DNA of 64,000 bases from Candidatus Eiseniibacteriota bacterium. Its GTDB lineage: Bacteria > Eisenbacteria > RBG-16-71-46 > JABDJR01. Numbering within the stretch: the first letter of the stretch is position 1; every line of letters begins with the position of its first letter. Below the pieces are notes generated by a model. The model saw only the letters and a list, made by a program, of their open reading frames with translations. It was not told the DNA's origin and ran no database searches. The position numbers and the translations under genes were made by a program. Location of the stretch: the NCBI GenBank assembly GCA_963783375.1, contig CAWANH010000028.1:96001-160000 (forward strand). Direction: 5' to 3'. Positions 41,222 to 50,338 of the stretch are shown here, one piece after another.

Positions 41222-42796
41222 TTGAGCGCCAACGAACGCGGACAATGGAGCTCGCGCGTCGGGTTCATCCTCGCCGCCTCGGGATCGGCCATCGGTCTCG
41301 GCAACATCGTCTTCTTCTCGGCCAACGCCTACAAGTTCGGCGGCGGCGCCTTCTACCTCCCCTACTTCATCGCGCTGTTCGTGATCGGAATCCCGATCAT
41401 GATCCTGGAATTCGGTCTCGGCCACTTCACCCGGCGGGCCTTCCCGGAGTCGCTCCACCGCCTGGCCGGCCGGAAGGGCGAGTTCGTGGGCTGGTGGGCG
41501 CTGATGAACTCGAGCTTCATCACCCTCTACTACATCACCATCCTGGGCTGGGTGATGGGGATGCTGGTGGGGGCCCTGGGGGGACTCTGGAAGGCGTCGT
41601 TCCCCACCCCGGCCTTCGCGACGGAATCGCTCCCCAACCCGTACGGCTATTTCTTCCACATGCTGAGCACCTGGCGGCCGCTCCTCTTCGTGGCCCTGGT
41701 GTGGTTCCTGAACGGGGTCATCGTGCGGAAGGGGGTGGCCACCATCGAGGCCGCGGTGAAGGTCTTCGTTCCGCTCATGTGGATCTTCATGATCGTGCTC
41801 ATCGTGCGCGGGGTGACCCTGCCCGGCGGCATGAACGGGGTGTGGCTGCTGTTCACCCCCGACTTCGAGGTCATGAAGAACCCCGCGGTATGGCAGGGGG
41901 CGTTCAGCCAGATCTTCTTCACCCTGACCCTGGGTTTCGGGGTCATGACCGCCTACGCGTCCTACCTGCCCCGGAACAGCGACCAGACCAACAACGCGCT
42001 CCTGACCTCGCTCATGAACTGCGGGTTCGAGTACATCGCCGGGCTCGCGGTCTTCTCGATCCTCTTCGCCTTCGCCATGGTGCCCCAGGCCAGCACCCTG
42101 GCCATGATGTTCTTCATCGTGCCCAAGGGAATCGCCCAGCTCCCCGGAGGGGACCCGGCGGTTATCGGGTTCGGCCTGGTCTTCTTCCTGCTCCTCCTCC
42201 TGGCCGGGCTCTCGTCTTCGGTCTCGCTGGTGGAGGGCTTGACCTGCTCGTTGATCGACAAGTTCCGCATCCCCCGGATGCGGGCCATCACCATCTTCTG
42301 TATCGTGGGCTTTCTGGGAAGCTCGCTCTTCACCCTCCCCCACGTGGTGAACCCGGGCATCGAGAACGACGGCACCCTGGGGCTTACCCTGCTGGATCTC
42401 ACCGACCACTGGGCCTTCAGCTACGGGCTCCTCATCGTGGGGCTCCTGGAAACGCTGTTGATCGGCTGGGTCTACGGGGTGCGAAAGCTCCGGGAGGACG
42501 TGAACTCCCACTCGCGGCTGCGCCTGGGTGCCTGGTACGACGTGCTGGTGCGCTTCGTGATCCCCGGCCTGATCCTCTTCATCCTGATCTACGGGGTTGT
42601 GGGCGAGGTCACCGGAGGCCTCTACGGGACGAGCTTCGCGCCGAACTTCGCGCGGGGTTGGCATTGGCTGGCCGCATCGCCGTGGGCGGTTCTCTTCCTG
42701 TGGATGGCCATCTCGGTGGGGCTGGCGTTCCTGTTCACCCGCCTGGGAAGCTATCCGCCGCACCGGCCCGGGGAATTGGAAGGAGACGAGTCATGA
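41222..42796 (+). CDS. Sodium-dependent transporter, NSS/SNF family
   Basis: RGQWSSRVGFILAASGSAIGLGN, GGGAFYLPY, AFSQIFFTL; TTG start after GGAGG. Confidence 0.95.
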   Translation: MSANERGQWSSRVGFILAASGSAIGLGNIVFFSANAYKFGGGAFYLPYFIALFVIGIPIMILEFGLGHFTRRAFPESLHRLAGRKGEFVGWWALMNSSFITLYYITILGWVMGMLVGALGGLWKASFPTPAFATESLPNPYGYFFHMLSTWRPLLFVALVWFLNGVIVRKGVATIEAAVKVFVPLMWIFMIVLIVRGVTLPGGMNGVWLLFTPDFEVMKNPAVWQGAFSQIFFTLTLGFGVMTAYASYLPRNSDQTNNALLTSLMNCGFEYIAGLAVFSILFAFAMVPQASTLAMMFFIVPKGIAQLPGGDPAVIGFGLVFFLLLLLAGLSSSVSLVEGLTCSLIDKFRIPRMRAITIFCIVGFLGSSLFTLPHVVNPGIENDGTLGLTLLDLTDHWAFSYGLLIVGLLETLLIGWVYGVRKLREDVNSHSRLRLGAWYDVLVRFVIPGLILFILIYGVVGEVTGGLYGTSFAPNFARGWHWLAASPWAVLFLWMAISVGLAFLFTRLGSYPPHRPGELEGDES

Positions 42797-43263
42797 GCCG
42801 GGCGGGCGCGATTCTCGGGATCGTGTTCCTGGCGGGCGCCGCCTGGGGCGCCGCGCCGGCCCGGGCGGACATCGCCGTCTCCCCCGAGGCCCCGGTGGCC
42901 GGCCGGCCGGCCACCGTCGTCGTCACCGCGGACGGAGCACCGGTCGCGGACGCGTCGGTGGAGGCGGTATACCGTCCGGGTAGCGAGGTGTCCCACACCG
43001 AGGCGGTGGGGCGGACCGGACCGGACGGATCGCTTCCCTGGACTCCGGCCGACGCCGGGGTGGTCACCCTGCGGTCCACCCCTCCCGCCCCCACGGGGAC
43101 CGAGCCCGCGGTGGAGACGCGGAACCTGTCCGTCCGCTTCCAGGGGGCCCCGCCCCTCGGGGTGGTCATCATGATCCTGGCCGGGGTGATCCTCTACGGG
43201 GGGGTGATCCTGGGTTTCCGTAGGCTGGGGCAGGCCCCGACCGGGCTTCGGCCCGATACGTAG
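42793..43263 (+). CDS. Exported Ig-like domain with C-terminal MetS-like TM segment
   Basis: ATGA overlap with the NSS gene; signal peptide ending ARA; C-terminus GVVIMILAGVILYGGVILGFRRL. Confidence 0.7.
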   Translation: MSRAGAILGIVFLAGAAWGAAPARADIAVSPEAPVAGRPATVVVTADGAPVADASVEAVYRPGSEVSHTEAVGRTGPDGSLPWTPADAGVVTLRSTPPAPTGTEPAVETRNLSVRFQGAPPLGVVIMILAGVILYGGVILGFRRLGQAPTGLRPDT

Positions 43264-43407
43264 AATCCCCGGCCGGCGAGCGCGCCGGCCCGGATCCGGC
43301 GACCGGATACATGGAGGCCCGGGGCCATCGGCCCCGGGCCTCGCTTTCATCCTTCGGTCGCCCCCGTCCACCCGCCTCCCCTTACGGGAGCGGGCGGACG
43401 CTCGCCG

Positions 43408-45852
43408 TTATCGGAGCAGGATCATGCGGCGGGTTTCCCTCTGGCCGGAGAGGGAGAGGGTGTAGAAGTACACCCCGGGCCGGACCTCACGGCCCAGGTC
43501 ATCCCGTCCGTTCCACTGGGCCACGTGGAGCCCCTCGTCCACGCTCCCGTCCAGGAGAGTGGTCACCTTGCGTCCGGCCACGTCGAACACCTCCAGCACC
43601 GCCCGTCCCGGCTTCTCGGCCCGGAACTCGATCGAGGTCCGGGGGCTGAACGGATTGGGGTAGTTCTGGGCCAGGTGGAGGGTCACCTTGGGCTTGGGAC
43701 CGTCCGGAACCCCGGTCGTGATGTCCGAGCAGTAGTCCCAGATCCCCACCGGCGGCATCTGGGGAACTGCGGTCGAGTAGTTCACGTCGTCGAGGGTCAG
43801 GGACCGGTCCGGATAGCCCGCGCACTCGAACGTGTCGTTGATCAGGTACTTGTAGTTCAAGTTCATCTGGCTGGAGTCGGGGAAGATCACCGCCACCGTG
43901 AAGGTATCGTCCGCCGCCACCGCGTCCGGCGCCACACCGTTGTCGGCCATCGGGGTCTCGGAGGGAACGTTGAAGTTCATGGGGAGCACGTCCCCATCCA
44001 CGCCCACCGAGGTGATGGCGCCCCCGAACCAGTAGTCCGCGTCCACCCGGAACACCACCTTGATGGCCTTGTCGGTCACCGTGCAGCGGTCGATCCCGCG
44101 GGCGGGCAGAATGATCGGCCCCATCGCCCCGCCCACGGTGTCGTACTCGGCGTCGTTCAGGTAGACGTTGCGATTACCCTGGCCGAGGCACTCGAACGCG
44201 CTGTTGTACGTGTACTTGAAGTCCACCGACTTGTAGCTGGAGGCCGGGAAGCGCACCCAGGCGGAGTAGATCCCATCGTCCGGGACCTGGTCGCCGTTGG
44301 CCCCGCTGTCGTTCAGGAGGATGCCCGGGGTGGCGAAGTTGGGCAGCGGCGCCTGGTCCCCGGTCACCCCCAGGGTGTCGAGGGGTCCGGGCAGGAACAG
44401 GCTGGCGTCCACCTGGAACAGGACATCGATGGCGTGGGTGCTGATGGACGACGGCTGGTCATCGTTCCAGTAGGCGAAGAGCGTGTCCGCCGCCCCGTTA
44501 TCGCTGGAGACCAGGTGCTGGCGGTTGGAGCGCGGCTCGTACCCGGCGTGGTTGTTGTAGAACTTCCATTCCAGGCTGACCTCCGCCTTCCCGGTGCCCG
44601 GGTCCTTGGGCATGCTCATGGGAACGGTGGTGACGTAGACGCTGTCCGCGTCGGGGTCCAGGAGCAGGGCGTTGTCCAGGGGAGAGAAGGTGAGCGGGTT
44701 CTGGCTGCCTTCCACCGAGAAGCTGTCGGGGGATGACCCGTTCGCCGCCAGGTACACGCTCATGTCCCCCTGGAAGAGGAGCCGCTTGAGGAAGAACGAG
44801 CGCTTGTTGGTGGTCCCGTTGTTGACGATGGGGTTTCCGGCCAGGTCCTGCACCCCGGTCACCGTCACGTCGTAGAAGTTGGCCGAGGCGCTGATCGACG
44901 CGGACAGGCTCAGGTGCACCTTGCTCGCGTCGGAGCCGTCGACCACGGCCGAAGTCACGGTGGCGGCGGTGTTGGAGACGGCGTAATTCCCGGGCGTGGC
45001 GGCTCCGGTTCCCACCGGCTCGCTGAACACCACGTCCACCTTGTTGGTGGAGGTGATGAACTGCTTCTGACCGCCGAGGGCGAAACCGGTGGCGGTGGCG
45101 GAGACCAGGGTCGGGGGAACGGCGTCCGCTGCGGATTGCACCACGTAGGTGTACATGCAGTACATCTCCACCGGGGTGGTCACGTCGAAGGTGGTCCCGG
45201 AGGGGGTGGAGGTCTGCACGGTGTCGCTGCAACCGGCGTCCAGGGGAGGCTTCGAGGTCCCGTCCTGGGTCATCCAGAACTCCACGTGGATCGTGTCCCC
45301 CGGAGCCAGGCCCAGGGTGGCGAGAGAGAGCTTGCCTTCCTTGAACCCCGTGCTGTCCACGATGCCCAGGCCGTTGGCGCCGTCGCTGACCACGCTCCAC
45401 GCACTCCCGCTCCACTGGTAGAGCACCTCGTAGTTGTAGGAGTCGACCACGTCGTAGACGTAGAAGTCGGGCTTCTTGGCGATGGTGTTCCAGGCGATCT
45501 TCCGGTTGAAGGCGTCGGTGGCGCCGCCGGCCACGGTGTTCACGTCGATGGCCATGCCTAGGTTCACCGCGGGTGAGGTGAAGCAGGCATTGTCGTACTG
45601 GAACCCGAAGTAGAGGAAGTTGGTGTCGTTGGTGAGATAGATGTCGCCGAGATCCATGGGGCTCTCGTCCCCCGCGGTCCCGGTGCACCAGTCCTTGGTC
45701 TCGGTGTCCCCCCCGTCGGCGTCCAGGAGGTTCGACCCGTTGAAGTCGTTGGCGCCGTCCACCGCGATGGTCTGGGGGACGAAGGCCCAGGCCGGGGCGG
45801 CGGCCAGGACCAGGGCGAGAAGCGCCGGCAGCCACAGGTGAAGTCGTTTCAT
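43408..45852 (-). CDS. Secreted multidomain carbohydrate-binding protein: DOMON-like, Ig-like, 3 CBM20-like modules, FlgD-Ig CTD
   Basis: Signal peptide AWA; DIYLTNDTNFLYFGF; VLFQVD...FKY...E...NR repeats; LAQNYPNPFSPRT...WNGRD...GVYFY tail. Confidence 0.75.
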   Translation of the reverse strand: MKRLHLWLPALLALVLAAAPAWAFVPQTIAVDGANDFNGSNLLDADGGDTETKDWCTGTAGDESPMDLGDIYLTNDTNFLYFGFQYDNACFTSPAVNLGMAIDVNTVAGGATDAFNRKIAWNTIAKKPDFYVYDVVDSYNYEVLYQWSGSAWSVVSDGANGLGIVDSTGFKEGKLSLATLGLAPGDTIHVEFWMTQDGTSKPPLDAGCSDTVQTSTPSGTTFDVTTPVEMYCMYTYVVQSAADAVPPTLVSATATGFALGGQKQFITSTNKVDVVFSEPVGTGAATPGNYAVSNTAATVTSAVVDGSDASKVHLSLSASISASANFYDVTVTGVQDLAGNPIVNNGTTNKRSFFLKRLLFQGDMSVYLAANGSSPDSFSVEGSQNPLTFSPLDNALLLDPDADSVYVTTVPMSMPKDPGTGKAEVSLEWKFYNNHAGYEPRSNRQHLVSSDNGAADTLFAYWNDDQPSSISTHAIDVLFQVDASLFLPGPLDTLGVTGDQAPLPNFATPGILLNDSGANGDQVPDDGIYSAWVRFPASSYKSVDFKYTYNSAFECLGQGNRNVYLNDAEYDTVGGAMGPIILPARGIDRCTVTDKAIKVVFRVDADYWFGGAITSVGVDGDVLPMNFNVPSETPMADNGVAPDAVAADDTFTVAVIFPDSSQMNLNYKYLINDTFECAGYPDRSLTLDDVNYSTAVPQMPPVGIWDYCSDITTGVPDGPKPKVTLHLAQNYPNPFSPRTSIEFRAEKPGRAVLEVFDVAGRKVTTLLDGSVDEGLHVAQWNGRDDLGREVRPGVYFYTLSLSGQRETRRMILLR

Positions 45853-46146
45853 TGGAGCATCTCCCGGAGCTATGGGTGCCGGGATCCGGACCGCGCGGCT
45901 CGAGGGACCGGGCCCCCGGGGGAAACGACAGGGTCAGGATGTCACGGCGCCCAGGAAAGACAAGCAGTGCCGGCTGCCGAGTGCATCCGGCTAGAAGTTC
46001 TCCCGAGTTGCGAGTGCAGGTGGAGGGTCGGCCCGATCGGACACGGACGGAACTTCCACGTCGTACGGTCACCGGACAGGTCGGCGGGACGGCGGCGGCT
46101 CCTCGAAGGAGCTTGGCCACCCCCTGCCCGCCGACGAGGATGAGGG

Positions 46147-46162
46147 GTTGGACCGGTCCAAC
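46147..46162. promoter_or_regulatory. LacI-type operator 1
   Basis: Perfect palindrome GTTGGACCGGTCCAAC. Confidence 0.85.
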
Positions 46163-46192
46163 AATGACCTCATCCAAAGGAAAACAAGGAAC

Positions 46193-46222
46193 AGTATACC
46201 GGGTCAGCCCCGGGCGGGTCAA
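46193..46222 (-). promoter_or_regulatory. Sigma70 promoter
   Basis: TTGACC-N18-TATACT just upstream of operator 1. Confidence 0.7.
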
Positions 46223-46261
46223 CGAAAACCGCCGCCCACCCGGACCGTAACCCGTTACGCC

Positions 46262-46306
46262 AAAATAACATAACGGGGGGCGGAGCCTCTCGGTCCCGCC
46301 CCCCGT
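46262..46306 (-). terminator. Intrinsic terminator
   Basis: 11-bp stem ACGGGGGGCGG/CCGCCCCCCGT followed by TATGTTATTTT, downstream of the 46334 stop. Confidence 0.75.
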
Positions 46307-46333
46307 CATCAAGCCGTCAGAAGATCGGAAGGC

Positions 46334-47092
46334 TTACTGGTAGAGCTGCTTGATGTTGCTCCAGGTCGTCGGTTCGGTCGGAACCGGAGCGTTCATCATG
46401 GCCCGGACGCGGCCGGTGTTGGTATCCAGCTCGAAGACCCACTCGTCGCCGTTCTGGTCCACGGTGATGTTCCAGGTGGAGGCGTTGATCGAGGGACCGT
46501 CGGTCCCGAACTGCTGGGCCCAGTCCCCGTTCACCGCCACCTTCCAGTCGTAGTTTCCCGCGGGAAGCTGGCCGGAGTAGCTGTAGATGCCGTCGCTGGC
46601 CGTGGCGTCGCCGTTCAGGCCGTCGTCGTGCATGACGGTGGTCCCGGCGGGATCCCAGTCCGCGGCGTTCCCCAGCTCGTCCTGGAGCGTCCCCACCAGG
46701 GTGTAGGTGGTGCCGAGGGTCCTGCTGGAAGTGGGCCAGTAGGAATCGGCGGCCCAGCCGTCCCCGTAGGCGTTGATGTCGAAGGTGAGGAGCACGTCCT
46801 GATTGTCGGCGGTGGTGATGAACCAGCAGTTCCCCGAGTGGGGCCAGGAGTCGCTCCAGTCGCCGAGCGCGGCCTTCCACTCGTAGGCGCCGGCGGTGGC
46901 GATGTTCACGGTCGCGGAGTAGATCCCGTCGCCGCTGGCCACGTCGCCGCTGGTGCCGTCATCCACGAGCTGGACCGCGGTGTTGATGTCCCACCCCTGG
47001 TAGCTGCCAGGGCCGTAAAAAGGCTGAGCGCCCACCGATGCCGCGACGAGCAGCATGCAAGAGGCCAGGAGCAAGGGTAGTGAAGTCTTCAT
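46334..47092 (-). CDS. Secreted protein with two pullulanase X25/CBM-like modules and a TWxxIKxLY tail
   Basis: Signal peptide; GTLQDELG..DWDP, LPAGNYDWKVAVNGDW; two DDGxxGDxxxxDGIYS loops; C-terminus PVPTEPTTWSNIKQLYQ. Confidence 0.75.
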   Translation of the reverse strand: MKTSLPLLLASCMLLVAASVGAQPFYGPGSYQGWDINTAVQLVDDGTSGDVASGDGIYSATVNIATAGAYEWKAALGDWSDSWPHSGNCWFITTADNQDVLLTFDINAYGDGWAADSYWPTSSRTLGTTYTLVGTLQDELGNAADWDPAGTTVMHDDGLNGDATASDGIYSYSGQLPAGNYDWKVAVNGDWAQQFGTDGPSINASTWNITVDQNGDEWVFELDTNTGRVRAMMNAPVPTEPTTWSNIKQLYQ

Positions 47093-47155
47093 CGTGCAAT
47101 GCCTCCGTGCAGATCCTAGATGTGGGGACCGGGGGTCGCCGCTGCGAACACCGTG

Positions 47156-47169
47156 TGGACCGGTCCAAC
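47156..47169. promoter_or_regulatory. LacI-type operator 2
   Basis: TGGACCGGTCCAAC. Confidence 0.85.
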
Positions 47170-47192
47170 TGGAACGTCAGAACTACTTGACA

Positions 47193-47222
47193 ATTATACT
47201 AAATCCGCGGAACTCCAGTCAA
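47193..47222 (-). promoter_or_regulatory. Sigma70 promoter
   Basis: TTGACT-N18-TATAAT upstream of operator 2. Confidence 0.75.
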
Positions 47223-47315
47223 GAAAACGACTTCTGGAGGCGGGTTTTCGGATTCTCCCGTCTCCCCCAAGCGGCCAGACGATCACTTTGCTCATGTCTG
47301 GCAACCGCTGGATGT

Positions 47316-48155
47316 TCAACCCTTTACCCCACCCAGGGTCAGCCCGCTCACCAGGAATCGGTTGAGGAGGAGAAAGAGCGCCACCACCGGAATCGACACC
47401 AGGACGCTTCCCGCCGCGTAGTTGGCCCATTCGGTCTGGAAGGTCCCGGCGAGGGCCTCCAGGCCCAGGGGAAGGGTGAAGAGGTTCGCCTGCGTGAGCA
47501 CCACCCGGGCCACGATGAACTCGGACCACGCGGCCATGAAGGAGAAGAGGGCGGTGATGGTGAGCGCGGGGAGGGACAGCGGGAGGACGATCCGGAGGAA
47601 CGCGCCCATGGGGCCGAGGCCGTCGATCAGCGCCGCCTCCTCGAGGTCCCTGGGGATCGAGTCGTAGTACCCCTTCATGGTCCACACGCAGAAGGGCAGG
47701 GCGGTGGTGACGTAGACCACCATCAGCCCCGCGAGCGTGTTCAGAAGATGCACCTTCTGAAGCAGGAGGTAGAGGGGAAGGAGCAGCATGGTGGCCGGGA
47801 ACATCTGGGTGAGCAGGAACGAGGTGAGGCCGATCCGGTGTCCGGGGAAGCGGTAGCGGCTGAACGCGTAACCCGAGGTCGCGGCCAGGGCCACCCCGAT
47901 GAAGGTGACGGTCAACGAGACGATGAGGCTGTTCTTGAGCCAGAGGAGGAAGGGCTTCTCGAAGAGGATCGCGTGATAGGCGTGGAGACTCGCGCCCTCG
48001 GGGATCAGGCGGAGCGAGGTCGAGTAGAGCTGATCCCCCGGCCGAAGCGACGTCCCGATCACCAGGAGCACCGGATAGAGGGTGACCAGGGCGACCAGGA
48101 TGAGGATCCCGTGGACCAGAGCGCGCTGCCAGAGGGGAGTCTTGGTGGCGTCCAT
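47316..48155 (-). CDS. malG: Maltose/maltodextrin ABC permease, MalG-type
   Basis: KGYYDSIPRDLEEAALIDG EAA loop; QMFP; SGLTLGGVKG. Confidence 0.88.
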   Translation of the reverse strand: MDATKTPLWQRALVHGILILVALVTLYPVLLVIGTSLRPGDQLYSTSLRLIPEGASLHAYHAILFEKPFLLWLKNSLIVSLTVTFIGVALAATSGYAFSRYRFPGHRIGLTSFLLTQMFPATMLLLPLYLLLQKVHLLNTLAGLMVVYVTTALPFCVWTMKGYYDSIPRDLEEAALIDGLGPMGAFLRIVLPLSLPALTITALFSFMAAWSEFIVARVVLTQANLFTLPLGLEALAGTFQTEWANYAAGSVLVSIPVVALFLLLNRFLVSGLTLGGVKG

Positions 48156-49033
48156 CAGTAGACCGATTCCGTTGCCCGGGAGAGACGCATGTAGAACATG
48201 ACGAAGATCAGCAGGATGAGGAAGATGACCAGGGAGAATGCGGCCGCGTACCCGTAGCGGTAGAGGGTGAACGCCGCCTTGTAGACGTAGGTGACCAGAA
48301 TGTGGCTCTTGTCGGCCGGTTTCCCGCCGTCGGTGACCAGCCAGATCACGTTCAGGTTGTTGAAGGTCCAGATGGTGCCCAGGACCACCGCCGGGACCAG
48401 GACGGGCTTGAGGAGGGGGAGGGTCACGTGGCGAAGGCGGTTCCACCAGTTGGCCCCGTCGATCGACGCCACCTCGTAGAGCTCGTGGGGGATGGACTGG
48501 AGGCCGCCCAGGGCGATCACCATCATGAACGGGAAGCCAAGCCAGATATTGGCGATGATGGCCGCGGTGAACGCGGCGTTGGCGTTGCTCAGCCACGCCA
48601 CCTGGGGCAGGCCGAACTTGACCAGCCACAGGTTCACCGCGCCGTACTCGTAGTTGAACATCCCCCGCCAGGTGAGGGCGGAAATGTACTGGGGGATGGC
48701 CCAGGGAATGATGAGGAGCGCCCGGTAGAGCCACTGCCCCCGGATGGGCCGGTTCAAGACCACCGCCAGACCCACGCCCAGGGTGACGTGGGCGAGCACG
48801 TTCACCCCGGTCCAGATCACCGTCTTCAACAGGACGACGTAGAGGGCGGAGCTGCTGAACAGCTCGACGAAGTTGGCGAGGCCGATGAACTCCGGGTTCC
48901 GGAAGTGCCGGAGGCTCATGTTGGAGAAGGCGATGCGGAAATTGTAGAGGAACGGGTAGGCCACCACGGCCAGCATGACCAGGATCGACGGGAGAACGAG
49001 GGCGTAGGCCAACGGGATGCTTCTGCGGTTCAT
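48155..49033 (-). CDS. malF: Carbohydrate ABC permease, MalF/GanP-type
   Basis: LIIPWAIP, NIWLGFPFMM, LQSIPHELYEVASIDGA, FNNLNVI. Confidence 0.85.
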   Translation of the reverse strand: MNRRSIPLAYALVLPSILVMLAVVAYPFLYNFRIAFSNMSLRHFRNPEFIGLANFVELFSSSALYVVLLKTVIWTGVNVLAHVTLGVGLAVVLNRPIRGQWLYRALLIIPWAIPQYISALTWRGMFNYEYGAVNLWLVKFGLPQVAWLSNANAAFTAAIIANIWLGFPFMMVIALGGLQSIPHELYEVASIDGANWWNRLRHVTLPLLKPVLVPAVVLGTIWTFNNLNVIWLVTDGGKPADKSHILVTYVYKAAFTLYRYGYAAAFSLVIFLILLIFVMFYMRLSRATESVY

Positions 49034-49081
49034 CCTCTGCGGTTCCGTCCGATCCCGGGGGGCGTCACGGTCGTCCCCCGC

Positions 49082-50329
49082 CTACTGGTTCATGGACGCG
49101 ATCTTTTCCAGGGCATCCTTCTGCATGTCCCGGGCCGCGTCCTCGGGACTCTTGCTCCCGTTCATCACCGACTGCATGTTGGGGCGCATGGCGTCCCAGA
49201 TCGCCCGCATCTCGGGGACCACCGGCATCTGCCGGCCGACCTTCCACTGCTCCAACGAGGCCTGGAGCAGCTCGTCATTCTTGATCTCGGGAAGCTCGTA
49301 GGCCGCCCGGACGCTGGGAAGGATGGCCAGCTCGGTGGCGAAGCGGGCGGTGACCTTCTCCGAGGTCAGGTAGTGGAGGAGATCGCGCACGGCGTCCGCC
49401 TTGGCATCGTCCAGGTTCACGTTCACCGAGTAGCCCTTGGTGCCGATCATGGGCGCGGCCCAGGGCCCGCCGGGGACCGCCCGGGGGATCCGGGCCAGGG
49501 CGAAGGGCACCCCCGCCTTCCGGTAGTCGCCGAAGGACCACGGCCCGTTCACGATCATCGCCGCCTTGCCGGTCTTGAACATGGTGTCCATGAGCTGGTA
49601 GTTGCACTCGCGCGGCACCACCTTGTACTTCTCCCGCAGCTCGTTCACGAAGGCCAGGGCCTTCACCATGGCCGGGGTGTCCAGGGTGGGCCGGTTCTGA
49701 TCGTCCATCACCCATCCGCCGTAGGCGGTCAGGAAGGGGACGAGCCAGAACGGCTCGTTGAACTCGAAGGCCAGGCCGTAGCGGTCCACCCGGCCGTTGG
49801 GTTGGGTGGTCATGGCCGCCTTGGCGATGTCGACCCACTGATCGAAGGTCTCGGGGGGGGCCTTCACCGCCTCGGTGTTGTAGAGGAGGTTCAGGTGGTT
49901 CCCCACCTGGTCCGGCAGCGACCACACGTGCCCGTTCAGGGTATCCAGGGCGGCGTTCAGGAACCGGCCCCAGTCCTCGCCGGTGAGGAACTCATCCATG
50001 GGGCGGATGATCCTGAGCACCGAGAAGGGTCCCACCTGGTCCGAGGGCCCGTACACCAGGTCGGGTCCGCCCTCGGCCAGGGCCGCGTTCTGATATTGGC
50101 TGCGCAGGTTCTCGGTGTCGTAATGGACCAGGGATACCGTCACTCCGGGATGCTGGGCCTGGTAGTCGGCCAGGACCTTCTCCATGACCCCCTTCTCCTG
50201 GGGATCCCGCTGCTCCCAGATCGTGATCTCGGTGGTTCCCGGGGTCTTGCCTCCCCCCCCGCCGCAACCGATCCATATCGAACAGGCGATGGCCAGGACG
50301 GGAAGCGCGCCGATCCAGTTCTGCTTCAT
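49082..50329 (-). CDS. malE: Maltodextrin-type solute-binding lipoprotein
   Basis: Lipobox WIGC; GPDL, PPETFD, AAMIVNGPW, MPVVPEMRAIW. Confidence 0.85.
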   Translation of the reverse strand: MKQNWIGALPVLAIACSIWIGCGGGGGKTPGTTEITIWEQRDPQEKGVMEKVLADYQAQHPGVTVSLVHYDTENLRSQYQNAALAEGGPDLVYGPSDQVGPFSVLRIIRPMDEFLTGEDWGRFLNAALDTLNGHVWSLPDQVGNHLNLLYNTEAVKAPPETFDQWVDIAKAAMTTQPNGRVDRYGLAFEFNEPFWLVPFLTAYGGWVMDDQNRPTLDTPAMVKALAFVNELREKYKVVPRECNYQLMDTMFKTGKAAMIVNGPWSFGDYRKAGVPFALARIPRAVPGGPWAAPMIGTKGYSVNVNLDDAKADAVRDLLHYLTSEKVTARFATELAILPSVRAAYELPEIKNDELLQASLEQWKVGRQMPVVPEMRAIWDAMRPNMQSVMNGSKSPEDAARDMQKDALEKIASMNQ

Positions 50330-50338
50330 CGCGTTCTC

